Below the pieces are notes generated by a model that had not been told where the DNA came from, did no database searches, and worked only from the letters and a program-made list of their open reading frames with translations. Positions 9,594 to 18,798 of a stretch of 64,000 nt of DNA are shown here, piece by piece; within the stretch, counting starts at the first letter, position 1; every line of letters starts with the position of its first letter. The translations under genes were made by a program, and so were the position numbers. The DNA is from a virus (taxonomy: Duplodnaviria > Heunggongvirae > Uroviricota > Caudoviricetes). The stretch lies in IMG/VR virus record IMGVR_UViG_3300025133_000019; one strand, given 5' to 3'.

Positions 9594-10796
9594 GTGGAAG
9601 TTAGACAGTCTTATATAACCAAGTACAGGCCAAAAAGGTTTGAGAATGTAATTGGTCAAGACCCAAGTACCATCTATTTCCGGAAAGCAATATCCAAGGA
9701 TATGCACCCTAGCGGGTGGTTGATTACTGGACCCTATGGATTAGGTAAAACTACTATAAGTAGAATCTATGCTAAGTCAGTTTTATGTCCTAATGTAGAA
9801 GAAGATGGTAACCCCTGTAATCAATGCGATTCATGTGTTCAAGTAGATCAAGACTGTAATCCGAATTACATCGAGATTGATGCTGGATCAAATTCTGGGG
9901 TTAAAGAGATTCAAGAGATACTTGATCAAAGCAGGAATTTACCGTTGAACGGTAGCAAGTATAAGGTTATTGCTATTGATGAGTGCCATGTGATCTCTAA
10001 ACAGGCTCAGATTAAGCTATTGAAGCCGGTAGAAGATGGCATAAGTCATCTTATCATGGTTTTTCTGACTACTGACCCTGACAAACTGAATGACGCATTC
10101 AGGTCGAGGCTCTTTAGAGTTGATATATCTGTTCCAGACTTAGATAAAGTCGTAGAGGTATTGGAATCTATTTGCACAGAGGAAGGTAGAGAGTACGACA
10201 AGTCTGTCTTAGAAACTATATCCAGACAATCCAGGGGCCACTTTAGGGACGCTGTAAATTCCTTGGAGAAGTATTTAAGTTTAGGGGGAGATCAGATAAC
10301 TGGTCTTGAGGAAAGGATTTTAAAAGTATCTGATCTGCTATTAAAGATCCCCAAGGATGTTGAGGGAGCTATTAAAATTTTCCAGCATTTAACAACGATG
10401 ATGTCTTCCAAGGCGATTTGGGAATCTATGCTAGAAGTTTTAAACAACAGTACTAAAGTTAAGTACATATCTTCTAGTTTCTTTAGTGAGAACGAGATTA
10501 TAAAGTACAAGGAAATAGAAGAAGAGTACACAGAAAAGAATCTTTTCGGGGTTTACGATTTTCTATTAAAACAGCCAGTCTCTTCCCTGAGCTATGGTCC
10601 ATTAGAGCAGCTTGTTATTATGTTGCATGCCTATTTGAAGAATAGGGTGGTGTATTCTGTCGAAGATCACGTAGAAGATAATAATAACGGGTTTAAGTCA
10701 GACCATTTTAAGAAGTCTTATAACAGAAAAGCTCAATCGAGAGCCGAGGAGTCCGTACCACTAGAAGAGTTCACGGATTCCCTCAAAAGCACCTAA
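9594..10796 (+). CDS. dnaX: DNA polymerase III gamma/tau-like clamp loader subunit
   Basis: KYRPKRFENVIGQ, Walker A GPYGLGKTT, Zn module C...PCNQCDSC, EIDAGSNSGV, Walker B IDECH, RSR, GHFRDA. Confidence 0.92.
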   Translation: MEVRQSYITKYRPKRFENVIGQDPSTIYFRKAISKDMHPSGWLITGPYGLGKTTISRIYAKSVLCPNVEEDGNPCNQCDSCVQVDQDCNPNYIEIDAGSNSGVKEIQEILDQSRNLPLNGSKYKVIAIDECHVISKQAQIKLLKPVEDGISHLIMVFLTTDPDKLNDAFRSRLFRVDISVPDLDKVVEVLESICTEEGREYDKSVLETISRQSRGHFRDAVNSLEKYLSLGGDQITGLEERILKVSDLLLKIPKDVEGAIKIFQHLTTMMSSKAIWESMLEVLNNSTKVKYISSSFFSENEIIKYKEIEEEYTEKNLFGVYDFLLKQPVSSLSYGPLEQLVIMLHAYLKNRVVYSVEDHVEDNNNGFKSDHFKKSYNRKAQSRAEESVPLEEFTDSLKST

Positions 10797-10820
10797 GATA
10801 TTATGTTATATAAGATGTAG

Positions 10821-10849
10821 TTGATTTATTACAGTAATTTTGTTATAAT
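10821..10849 (+). promoter_or_regulatory. Sigma70-type promoter upstream of the nusG-like gene
   Basis: TTGATT (10821-10826), 17 bp, TG-n-TATAAT (-10 at 10844-10849). Confidence 0.7.
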
Positions 10850-10902
10850 GAATTCATAACTATTTAATTACTGTATAATCTTCTACTCCTATAAAATTCA
10901 TA

Positions 10903-11508
10903 ATGCCAGAAAAACAATTTATCGCTTTCGAATCTAATAATAATTCAAAAAAATACGAAAAATCAGAAATAATAGGGTCTATACAAAGATCTTTAATGGA
11001 TTTAAACAGGTCCCGCAAAAAAAACTACAAGGTACTGTTAAAAGATATTAAAGAAAGTATCCAGAATCTAGAGATATTCCTCCCTTTTAGAGAACTTCAA
11101 AAGGGAGGCTATTTTTTAAAAGAGAAAGAGTTTTATCTTCCTGGGTATGGATTCATTGAGTACGATCCTAATGTAACCTACTTAGGTTTAGATGAAAATA
11201 TCCACGTTAATCAGATTGTTTTGAATGAGGATTCTGAAGAATTAGATTTAGTCTCTGGCGAGGTTATAGAGTCAGAACAAATGAAGATGGATGAGTTCTT
11301 TAAAGGCCAGTTTAAATCAGGACAATTAGTTCAGATTATAGGCGGTACTTACGCTGACTTACCAGCTAGGGTTGTCGAGTTAGATGATTCTGATGGAAAA
11401 TACAAAGTAGTGGTATGTTTCAGGTCTGATATAAGGTATCTAAAAGTGGATTCGGACAAACTACGGATATTCGAGTTTGACAGAATTATTATAGAAGAGG
11501 ATTTTTAA
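10903..11508 (+). CDS. NusG/RfaH-family transcription factor (NGN + KOW)
   Basis: EIFLP...FYLPGYGFIE (end of NGN, cf. FPGYvlv) and KOW FKSGQLVQIIGGTYADLPARVVELD...YKVVV. Confidence 0.8.
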   Translation: MPEKQFIAFESNNNSKKYEKSEIIGSIQRSLMDLNRSRKKNYKVLLKDIKESIQNLEIFLPFRELQKGGYFLKEKEFYLPGYGFIEYDPNVTYLGLDENIHVNQIVLNEDSEELDLVSGEVIESEQMKMDEFFKGQFKSGQLVQIIGGTYADLPARVVELDDSDGKYKVVVCFRSDIRYLKVDSDKLRIFEFDRIIIEEDF

Positions 11509-11519
11509 GACGTTCCTAA

Positions 11520-12209
11520 TTGGAACTCAAGGCAGGTACTATAATGTCCAGTAAAGGTTATTACGTAATTCCCCTTTCTCCCGACAAGTTCGAGACAATG
11601 GGGAACGACAGATCTCTTTATAATGATACTGTTGAGGAAGAGGTAGAAAAGAAAGAATCCGGAGATATCGAGGAATCACCGGCTGAGCTATTAGAAAAGA
11701 GGTGGAAGAAGTACCAGGAAATCAAAAGTCTCTTGCCCGAACGTGAGATAGATATGCTAGAGATGTCCTTTTTACATGGAAAAGACCAGACTAGTATAGG
11801 GGAGATTTTTAATGTAACTCAGGGAGACGTTTCGTACAGAATAAGAAGAGTTTCTCATAGAATAATGTATTTAATGTCCCTCCCTGAAATTGATATGGAA
11901 GAAATGAGGCTAGACTTGTCTAAAGTATTAGACGAAGAGAAAGTTATAATACTTTTTCTATTGCTAAAATATACTTCTCAGTCCAAAGTTGGAGAAGAAC
12001 TTGGAATGCCTCAAGGAAAAGTTAGACATAGGTACATAAGCGCCATGTCTAGTATACGTAAAAAAGCGTTCAAGGACCTAAAATTTATTATGTATTATGA
12101 TCTTTTTTGTAAACTACAAGGCAACTATAATGCTCTAAGAACTTTAGATGTTCAGGATAGATGGAAGCATAAGTTTACTAAGGAAGAGCCAGAATTTGAG
12201 ATGGATTAA
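11520..12209 (+). CDS. Protein with two sigma70 region-4-like HTH domains (no sigma2)
   Basis: LPEREIDMLEMSFLHGKDQTSIGEIFNVTQGDVSYRIRR and LDEEKVIIL...SQSKVGEELGMPQGKVRHRYISAM. Start may be ATG 11544. Confidence 0.75.
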   Translation: MELKAGTIMSSKGYYVIPLSPDKFETMGNDRSLYNDTVEEEVEKKESGDIEESPAELLEKRWKKYQEIKSLLPEREIDMLEMSFLHGKDQTSIGEIFNVTQGDVSYRIRRVSHRIMYLMSLPEIDMEEMRLDLSKVLDEEKVIILFLLLKYTSQSKVGEELGMPQGKVRHRYISAMSSIRKKAFKDLKFIMYYDLFCKLQGNYNALRTLDVQDRWKHKFTKEEPEFEMD

Positions 12210-12296
12210 TAAAATATCTTCCTGATAGTCTTTTTATTTCAGGTTGTATTTAAACTGTATTCAAAAATTTTTTGAGCTGTCCGAGAGAAAAAGCAT

Positions 12297-14057
12297 ATGT
12301 CAGATTTTATAGATTCTTTTAGCATGGGAAGTCAGTATACCATTACTGACGAGGGATTTAATATTGATGATTCCCCTAGTATAAATACCGACGACGAGTT
12401 GGGGAATAGATTCTCAACGAATTTAGGTTTGGTCCAAAGTAACACTAGGATAGCCAATTCTCTAGAGGACTTATACAAGGATGAAGAAGAATTAAATTTA
12501 AGAGTTTTTATACACAACCTCATACTAAAGAAAGGTATAAGGGGTAAGCATCTGGTTTCTGCTCTTGAGAAAGTCTACGAACCAAATTTTTTAAATTCTT
12601 ACAAAAAGCTTGTTGCCTCTTATGTTAAGAGAGACTATTTAATCGGAAACGTTTATGACGACTTGAGTCCTTATGGATCGTGTGTACCGTTAAAATCGGT
12701 TATTAAAAGAAGCTCTGCTAAGCTTATAGTAAAGTGTGGAGAGTGTAGTGCATGCCCTTTTAATGTTAAGAATAATTGCGGTGCTTACGGAAAAACCCTT
12801 GTAGATTCCCCTTCCCAAGTAGATTACCAAAAAGTAGCGAGTCAAATAGGTATAGACGGCGACCCTACAGCCATAAACATTAATGCCCATTATAAGAAAG
12901 AATCGGAATCTCTAAAGGTTCCAACCATTAAAAAGAGTGGGCACACAGTATTTAATAGTAATCATAAAAAAGAGTCTCAATACAATTTAAAAGCCGAGAC
13001 CAAAAAGAACGATCCTACTAAATTAAATTGGGACCAGATTAAGAAAGCTAGTAAAAGCGGAGACACTAAAAAAATTCTCTCCTTTTTCATTAGGAAAAAC
13101 ATAGATGCCGGAACATTGGATTTTAAAAGGATGTTCCAGGGCTGTGATGTCAGCGATTTGAGAAATCACAAGACTTTATTAAAAAAGGTAGCTTATAAGT
13201 ATTTGGCCGAGGATTCAGTGCTAGGAGAAGTTATAGATTTCTACGAGCTTCCTTTATTAAATAGAAGGTTGCCTGCGAGTATTCAGGATGAATCTCAGTG
13301 GTATAATCTTAGAGCAGAAGAAGAGGCAGAAAAGAGTTTGCTTTTTGTAAGAGATGGAGCTAATAAAAAGAAATCTTCTCTCGATCAGGGTAGCATGACT
13401 TGGAATTCATTTAGAAATAGATATTCAGGGTCTGAAACCAAAGACGTTTTAGATCATTTTATTCTAGCTAGGATTTCGTCTGATAGTGTTAATCTGGATC
13501 AGATGTTTTCTGGATCTAATTTGGAAGAAGTCAACATTAATATTAAAGCAAGCACTAAACGAGCTTTAAAAAAATATAAGGGCTTTAAGAAATATTTTGC
13601 CAAGACTTATTCGGAAGATACCTTTAAAACGCATAAGAAAGAAGCTAACTTAGAACCTGATCTTCCTTATTCTTCGTCCGGACAAGCCGGAGATGTAATG
13701 AAGATGGTTAGCAGCAAAACTAAATTAGATTTGACAAGTCTACAAAGCGAGTTTAATAAGGTCTTAAAGACTAATAATTTGAACTCTACTATGAAATTTG
13801 TAGCTAAATATGAAATAAAACCTGATGATTTAAGTTTTTTAGTTAAGGGGTCTGTTAAGAGTTTCCCTGAAGTAAAAAATCTTTGTTTCAAGCTTTTATC
13901 TAAATTAGGAGTTATTAAAAAAAGTTCCAAAAAAGTTTCTTCAACAAGAAGAGAAAGTAAAGTTGATTTTGACAGCTTAACTATTGATGGATCAGAATTA
14001 GAAAATAACAATGACTCTATAGAAGATATCAAGCTTTCATCGGGAGTAATTTTATAA
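12297..14057 (+). CDS. Hypothetical, possibly head-associated protein with Cys cluster and internal duplication
   Basis: CGECSACPFNVKNNC cluster; two ESQ.YNL.AE...W...F repeats; first gene of the morphogenesis block. Confidence 0.7.
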   Translation: MSDFIDSFSMGSQYTITDEGFNIDDSPSINTDDELGNRFSTNLGLVQSNTRIANSLEDLYKDEEELNLRVFIHNLILKKGIRGKHLVSALEKVYEPNFLNSYKKLVASYVKRDYLIGNVYDDLSPYGSCVPLKSVIKRSSAKLIVKCGECSACPFNVKNNCGAYGKTLVDSPSQVDYQKVASQIGIDGDPTAININAHYKKESESLKVPTIKKSGHTVFNSNHKKESQYNLKAETKKNDPTKLNWDQIKKASKSGDTKKILSFFIRKNIDAGTLDFKRMFQGCDVSDLRNHKTLLKKVAYKYLAEDSVLGEVIDFYELPLLNRRLPASIQDESQWYNLRAEEEAEKSLLFVRDGANKKKSSLDQGSMTWNSFRNRYSGSETKDVLDHFILARISSDSVNLDQMFSGSNLEEVNINIKASTKRALKKYKGFKKYFAKTYSEDTFKTHKKEANLEPDLPYSSSGQAGDVMKMVSSKTKLDLTSLQSEFNKVLKTNNLNSTMKFVAKYEIKPDDLSFLVKGSVKSFPEVKNLCFKLLSKLGVIKKSSKKVSSTRRESKVDFDSLTIDGSELENNNDSIEDIKLSSGVIL

Positions 14058-14069
14058 AAGGAGCTTTGA

Positions 14070-14537
14070 ATGGCATCGACCAGTAAAGCTTTAATCTCAT
14101 CCAAGAACCCTCAAACATTAATAAGAGAGGTTCGAGAATCCTTAGAGAATAGACTCGTAGGATCTCCTAGCGTAGACCAAGTTAATATTCTTCTTCTTTT
14201 ATTAGATGAAGTTCAAGAGACTAAATATCTTTTTGACAAATTGAGAGAGGGAGACGAGGGTGGGACACGAAACCTTGTTGATTTAACTAAGGAACAAAGT
14301 AGGTGGCTCAAGTTAGTTGAGACTCTGCTAAAGGGTGTTCAGGATTTAGACAAGACAGAATGGAATAATGACGATCTCATAAAGGTTACTAATTTCGTTT
14401 TGTATATTTTTAAGGATATTTTAGCCAAAGACTTCGGGTTTGATGATACTCAAATGAATAGGTTTTTTGCAATTTTAAAGACTAGAAGAGAAGAGATAGA
14501 CGAATTCGTAGCCAATGTTTCGAGTAATAAGAGGTAA
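14070..14537 (+). CDS. Possible terminase small subunit
   Basis: 155-aa helical protein directly upstream of TerL, SD AAGGAG. Call is from position only. Confidence 0.4.
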   Translation: MASTSKALISSKNPQTLIREVRESLENRLVGSPSVDQVNILLLLLDEVQETKYLFDKLREGDEGGTRNLVDLTKEQSRWLKLVETLLKGVQDLDKTEWNNDDLIKVTNFVLYIFKDILAKDFGFDDTQMNRFFAILKTRREEIDEFVANVSSNKR

Positions 14538-14542
14538 TTATA

Positions 14543-16465
14543 ATGTCAGGAGTTCCCTCTTTTTTGGACACTGTTTTAGATTCTCAAGACAACTTTGAGG
14601 ATTTAGTTGAGTACAAAGATGAAGAGCTTTTAGAGGGTCCTGAACTAAACATAATTGAATTCACAGAGTCTCCTAAAGGTCTGCACCTAGAATTAAGACC
14701 CACGCAAAGGGTTATACTTAAACTCCTCTATGGAGTCCCTCTATCTACTGTTATACCAGATGAGCCAGAAAACACTCCTCCTTTGTATTCCCGCAGGATC
14801 TTAGTTAGGCATCCTGTTAGTGGTCAGGTAAACGGGCCTTTCTCCGAAGTACAATACTTAGAGTTTCTGCGAGAAGAGGGAAGAACTAATGGTATAGAAG
14901 GAAAAGAATATACTTCCCTTATTTTGAATATAGGCAGAAGGGGAGGCAAAAGTACTTTGTCTACCGTAATAAGTTCCTATGAGATATACAGGCTACTAAG
15001 AAAAAGGTGTCCACAAAGGCATTATGGTATTAGAGATAACGCTGTGATAAGGGTTATTGTAGTAGGAACTGATAAATCACAATCAGAAGACTTGTTTTCA
15101 GATATATCTAGCTTTTCTTCCTCTTCACCATATCTCCGTAAATACTTGTCAGACGATATCAAAAGTGAGATAACTTTTTTCACTCCCTATGACTTTCAGA
15201 AAGCAAACAGATCTGGAACTAGGATAAAGCCTACTTTACTTATTAAGCCTGTCAGTTGTAATGCTCCTGCGGTACGAGGTCCTAATACTATTGATGGTAT
15301 TATGGACGAGTGTGCTCACATGATGGATAGCACAAGTAAGAAGGCTTCTGCAAACTCAGTTTATGAAGCCCTGGAGCCTTCTGTTAGCACTTTTTATGAC
15401 GGTAAAATGATTTTAATTAGCACCCCAAACGGCCCACAAGGATTTTTTTATGATATTTTTACCATGGCTGCTCAGGAGGGGGACGACAGCGATATATTGG
15501 TAATAAAAGCTCCTACATGGGAAATAAATCCAGGCCGAGTGACTGATGTTAAATACAGGAACAAATGGAAGTTAGATAAAAATTCTTTTAGACAAGAGTA
15601 TGGGGCAGATTTTACTAGTACGGTAAGGGATTATATTGAAGATCCGGACATGTTTTTCAAAAATATTTATCCTATTCCTGGGGTAACTGAAAATGAGGAG
15701 TGTAAGTTACCTGAACAAGAGCCTGCTGAGAAGGGTCAGCAAGGTATAGATTACTATTTTGCTGCTGACCTAGGGTTTAAACAGGATAGCACTTGTTTCG
15801 CTATTGGACATGCCGAGGGGGATGGCGAAGACAAGAAAATTGTAGTTGATTATGTGGCCGAATACCAGCCGGGGGAAGAATTTGAGTGGACGAATGATCA
15901 AGGAGTGATTTCGTTTGAGAAAATGTCTAAGGAAACAGTGGACCTAACAGAGAGCTTTAATATTGTTAAAGGTGCATTTGACCAACACCACGGACCTGCA
16001 TACAGTGAGCATTTATTGAACAATGGAATAACTAATTTTGTAGAATTGCCTCCAAGTGATAAACTGCATAATGATGTTTATCAGGTTTTCCGTAGGTTGT
16101 ATCAAGAAGAGAGACTAGTTCTTCCTGGTTATGACTGGATTATAGATGGGTTTTTAGATCTAATTATGGTTAAAAAAGGCGTGGGAGACAAAGAGAAAAT
16201 AAAAGTTGCTGCTACTAGAGGAAAACATGATGACGTGCCGGATGCTATATCCAGATTAGTGTACTTAATTTTCAAAGAAGTTTATTTGAAAGAGGGGGTC
16301 GGGGCTAAGGTGTCTAAACCCGTGAAAACTAGTGGGTACAGGGTTGTAACTGATTTAAGGCACAACAGAAATTTATTGAATAAGCATAATTCTAATGCAG
16401 TGGATTCTTACATGAGGAAACAGGGACATTCTAATTCACGGGGCCGAATGAAGAGAAGATTTTAG
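14543..16465 (+). CDS. terL: Terminase large subunit
   Basis: LRPTQ, Walker A GRRGGKS, Walker B GIMDE, ISTPNG, RQEYGADF, nuclease ADLG and HDDVPDA. Confidence 0.95.
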   Translation: MSGVPSFLDTVLDSQDNFEDLVEYKDEELLEGPELNIIEFTESPKGLHLELRPTQRVILKLLYGVPLSTVIPDEPENTPPLYSRRILVRHPVSGQVNGPFSEVQYLEFLREEGRTNGIEGKEYTSLILNIGRRGGKSTLSTVISSYEIYRLLRKRCPQRHYGIRDNAVIRVIVVGTDKSQSEDLFSDISSFSSSSPYLRKYLSDDIKSEITFFTPYDFQKANRSGTRIKPTLLIKPVSCNAPAVRGPNTIDGIMDECAHMMDSTSKKASANSVYEALEPSVSTFYDGKMILISTPNGPQGFFYDIFTMAAQEGDDSDILVIKAPTWEINPGRVTDVKYRNKWKLDKNSFRQEYGADFTSTVRDYIEDPDMFFKNIYPIPGVTENEECKLPEQEPAEKGQQGIDYYFAADLGFKQDSTCFAIGHAEGDGEDKKIVVDYVAEYQPGEEFEWTNDQGVISFEKMSKETVDLTESFNIVKGAFDQHHGPAYSEHLLNNGITNFVELPPSDKLHNDVYQVFRRLYQEERLVLPGYDWIIDGFLDLIMVKKGVGDKEKIKVAATRGKHDDVPDAISRLVYLIFKEVYLKEGVGAKVSKPVKTSGYRVVTDLRHNRNLLNKHNSNAVDSYMRKQGHSNSRGRMKRRF

Positions 16466-16467
16466 CA

Positions 16468-16905
16468 ATGGCTGGAAAATTTCCTGGGTTTGATTCCGAC
16501 ACAGCTTCTCATAATAACAGTTCTTTTAGTACTACTAATATACCAGATATTATAGAAGATAGTGACGAGATACAGGATATAAGAGCAGAAGCTAGTAAAA
16601 GTAAGCTAAAATCAGATTCTGGGTATAATAAAGCTATACAAGATAAGATAATGGAAATTAATAGAGCTATTTCTGAAGTTGAGTCCGATTATCAAGCTAG
16701 ATTACAAAATAGGATTAAAGTAGATTCGAAGAAAATCTGGGAAGAGCAGGACTATATAGAACAGGTTATAAGAGAGAAGGGTCAGTACCCAGAAGTTCAT
16801 ATTAATGCCAAGTATCACCACATGAATGACGTTCAAACAAAGATGTTTGTAAAAACTTTGAAAGATATAAGAACTTCTTTGGAATTATTATTTGGTTATC
16901 TGTAA
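16468..16905 (+). CDS. Hypothetical protein
   Basis: 145-aa helical ORF between TerL and portal. Confidence 0.7.
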   Translation: MAGKFPGFDSDTASHNNSSFSTTNIPDIIEDSDEIQDIRAEASKSKLKSDSGYNKAIQDKIMEINRAISEVESDYQARLQNRIKVDSKKIWEEQDYIEQVIREKGQYPEVHINAKYHHMNDVQTKMFVKTLKDIRTSLELLFGYL

Positions 16906-16917
16906 AAGAAGATAGAA

Positions 16918-18702
16918 ATGAAAAATAAGCATATAGGGTCAACTAAATTTAACAGGTCTAGAGATTATTTAGTCAGGGGCTCTGATAGTAAAATGTTTGG
17001 AGGCTCTGGATTAACAGCTAATTTTGAGACCGACTATAATACTTCTGGTGCAGGGGATATAAGTAACTCTAGGTTTGACAATTTTTTTCACCCAAGTTAT
17101 TCCCCGGACCTTTTTTCTTTGCCCTATACTCTTTCAGACGAAAGAGATCTTTTCTTGTGGTTTTACGAGAGAGACCCTTATGTAGGTCATGCTATAGATT
17201 TATTGACTGAGCTTCCTATTTCAAGAGTTCACCATACATTACCTCTTACCGAGGATTCTGACAAAGCTTACGAGATACTTAGGTATACTAAATTACTGTC
17301 AGATAAGTTTGACCTTTTTCAGTTGTTAATGGAAATAACCCATGAATACTGGTTATACGGAAACGTATACATTTACGTGGAAAAAAACGCAGCAAAAGAT
17401 AGTATCGAAAGGATTTTAGTTTTAGATCCTAATCTCATCAGAACTGAGAAGTCTCACTTTTCAACTGATAATATGATATTTCTAGTTCCTGATGAGGAAC
17501 TCAGGCATATGATTAAGAGTAGTTTTATTGATAATGATACCAGAAAATTACTGCAAACGATTCCGGATGAGATTCAGAAAGCTATTTATGATAACAAAAT
17601 GATTGAGCTGAATACAGATCCTTATGATGGAACGTTCGTTCATCATTTATCTAGGAGTAGAAGTCAATATCATACTTTAGGAGTGCCTATACTTAGAAGA
17701 TGTCTTAATGATCTTATGTATAGAGAACGATTAAGACAAGCTCAGATCATGGTTGCTATGAGAAACCTGACTCCTAAGCACCTTATTACTACTGATGCTC
17801 CATTAGATCCTACCGAAGTAGATAACTTGAGAGATCAGGTAGATGCTTCTATGGAAACCCCTGATTATACTATTGTTACTACTTTTCCTGTTAATTGGAC
17901 TCAGGTAGGGGCAGACACTAGAATTTTACAGCTAACCTCTGAGTGGGACGAAGTTAATAGCAGGATAGCTGCTGGACTCGGTCTTAGAAAAGAGATGATC
18001 TTTGGTGACGGAGTTTTCGGAGACACTAAACTTCAGGTTGACATAATGGATAAAAGGTTTTCCCTTCTAAGAGATAAACTTCAAGAATTTATAGAGGGAA
18101 AGTTGTGGGCTCCGTTATGTTACCAGAAAGGATGGACTGAAGGGGACGATGAATCAAAAGTTATTCTAACTCCTGGGTTATCGTTTAGAAGATTAGGTCT
18201 TAGAGACAATGAAACTGCTTTCCAGAATTTGTTCCAGCTTTATAATAAAGGTTCATTGAGTGTCAGAACTATATTAGACCTATTCAACATTGATCCGGAT
18301 CAGGAATTAGAATATTTACAAAGTGATTTGTTTACCTTGAACGATTCCAGGTTTAATGATCTTTTGAATTCTATGTACACGGAAGTTGGTAATCGTCTAG
18401 GACAAGACCCGAGATTCCATAAGTTATTGGCAGAACGTGGCATGGGAATAAAGGAATTCCAGCAACTTCCTGTAGATAGTACTATGGCAAGAAAGATAAC
18501 TTCTGATTACAAGAATAAAGTTGTTAGTGAAACGGTAGATAATATAGAATCTAAAGACACCAAAAAGGTAGCAGAAGGTACTTATCATCTAGGAAAAGAA
18601 GATGCTATTAAAGCTGAAAGTATTCACGGGGTTATGTTAGAAGGTATGAGAAAGAGAGTTCTTAACAAGTACCAGAGTTCTAAAAAAGTGAGGACTAAAT
18701 AA
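16918..18702 (+). CDS. Portal protein
   Basis: 594 aa; position; DPYVGHAIDL, EYWLYGNVY, GVPILRRCL, IAAGLGL portal-like motifs. Confidence 0.85.
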   Translation: MKNKHIGSTKFNRSRDYLVRGSDSKMFGGSGLTANFETDYNTSGAGDISNSRFDNFFHPSYSPDLFSLPYTLSDERDLFLWFYERDPYVGHAIDLLTELPISRVHHTLPLTEDSDKAYEILRYTKLLSDKFDLFQLLMEITHEYWLYGNVYIYVEKNAAKDSIERILVLDPNLIRTEKSHFSTDNMIFLVPDEELRHMIKSSFIDNDTRKLLQTIPDEIQKAIYDNKMIELNTDPYDGTFVHHLSRSRSQYHTLGVPILRRCLNDLMYRERLRQAQIMVAMRNLTPKHLITTDAPLDPTEVDNLRDQVDASMETPDYTIVTTFPVNWTQVGADTRILQLTSEWDEVNSRIAAGLGLRKEMIFGDGVFGDTKLQVDIMDKRFSLLRDKLQEFIEGKLWAPLCYQKGWTEGDDESKVILTPGLSFRRLGLRDNETAFQNLFQLYNKGSLSVRTILDLFNIDPDQELEYLQSDLFTLNDSRFNDLLNSMYTEVGNRLGQDPRFHKLLAERGMGIKEFQQLPVDSTMARKITSDYKNKVVSETVDNIESKDTKKVAEGTYHLGKEDAIKAESIHGVMLEGMRKRVLNKYQSSKKVRTK

Positions 18703-18745
18703 TATAGACAACCACTAATCCATTTTAATTCAATTTTATACTTTT

Positions 18746-18784
18746 TTAGTATTGTCTTTCTTTAAAGTCAATACTAATTTTTTT
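18746..18784 (+). terminator. Hairpin plus U-tract between portal and protease (putative intrinsic terminator)
   Basis: TTAGTATTGTCTTT / AAAGTCAATACTAA stem with one mismatch, then T7. AT-rich, probably weak. Confidence 0.5.
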
Positions 18785-18798
18785 ACCTGGATTTTTGT

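Noticed and set aside
11341-11350. ops-like GGCGGTAC
   Set aside because: It only partly matches the RfaH ops consensus and encodes the GGT of the KOW motif inside the gene.
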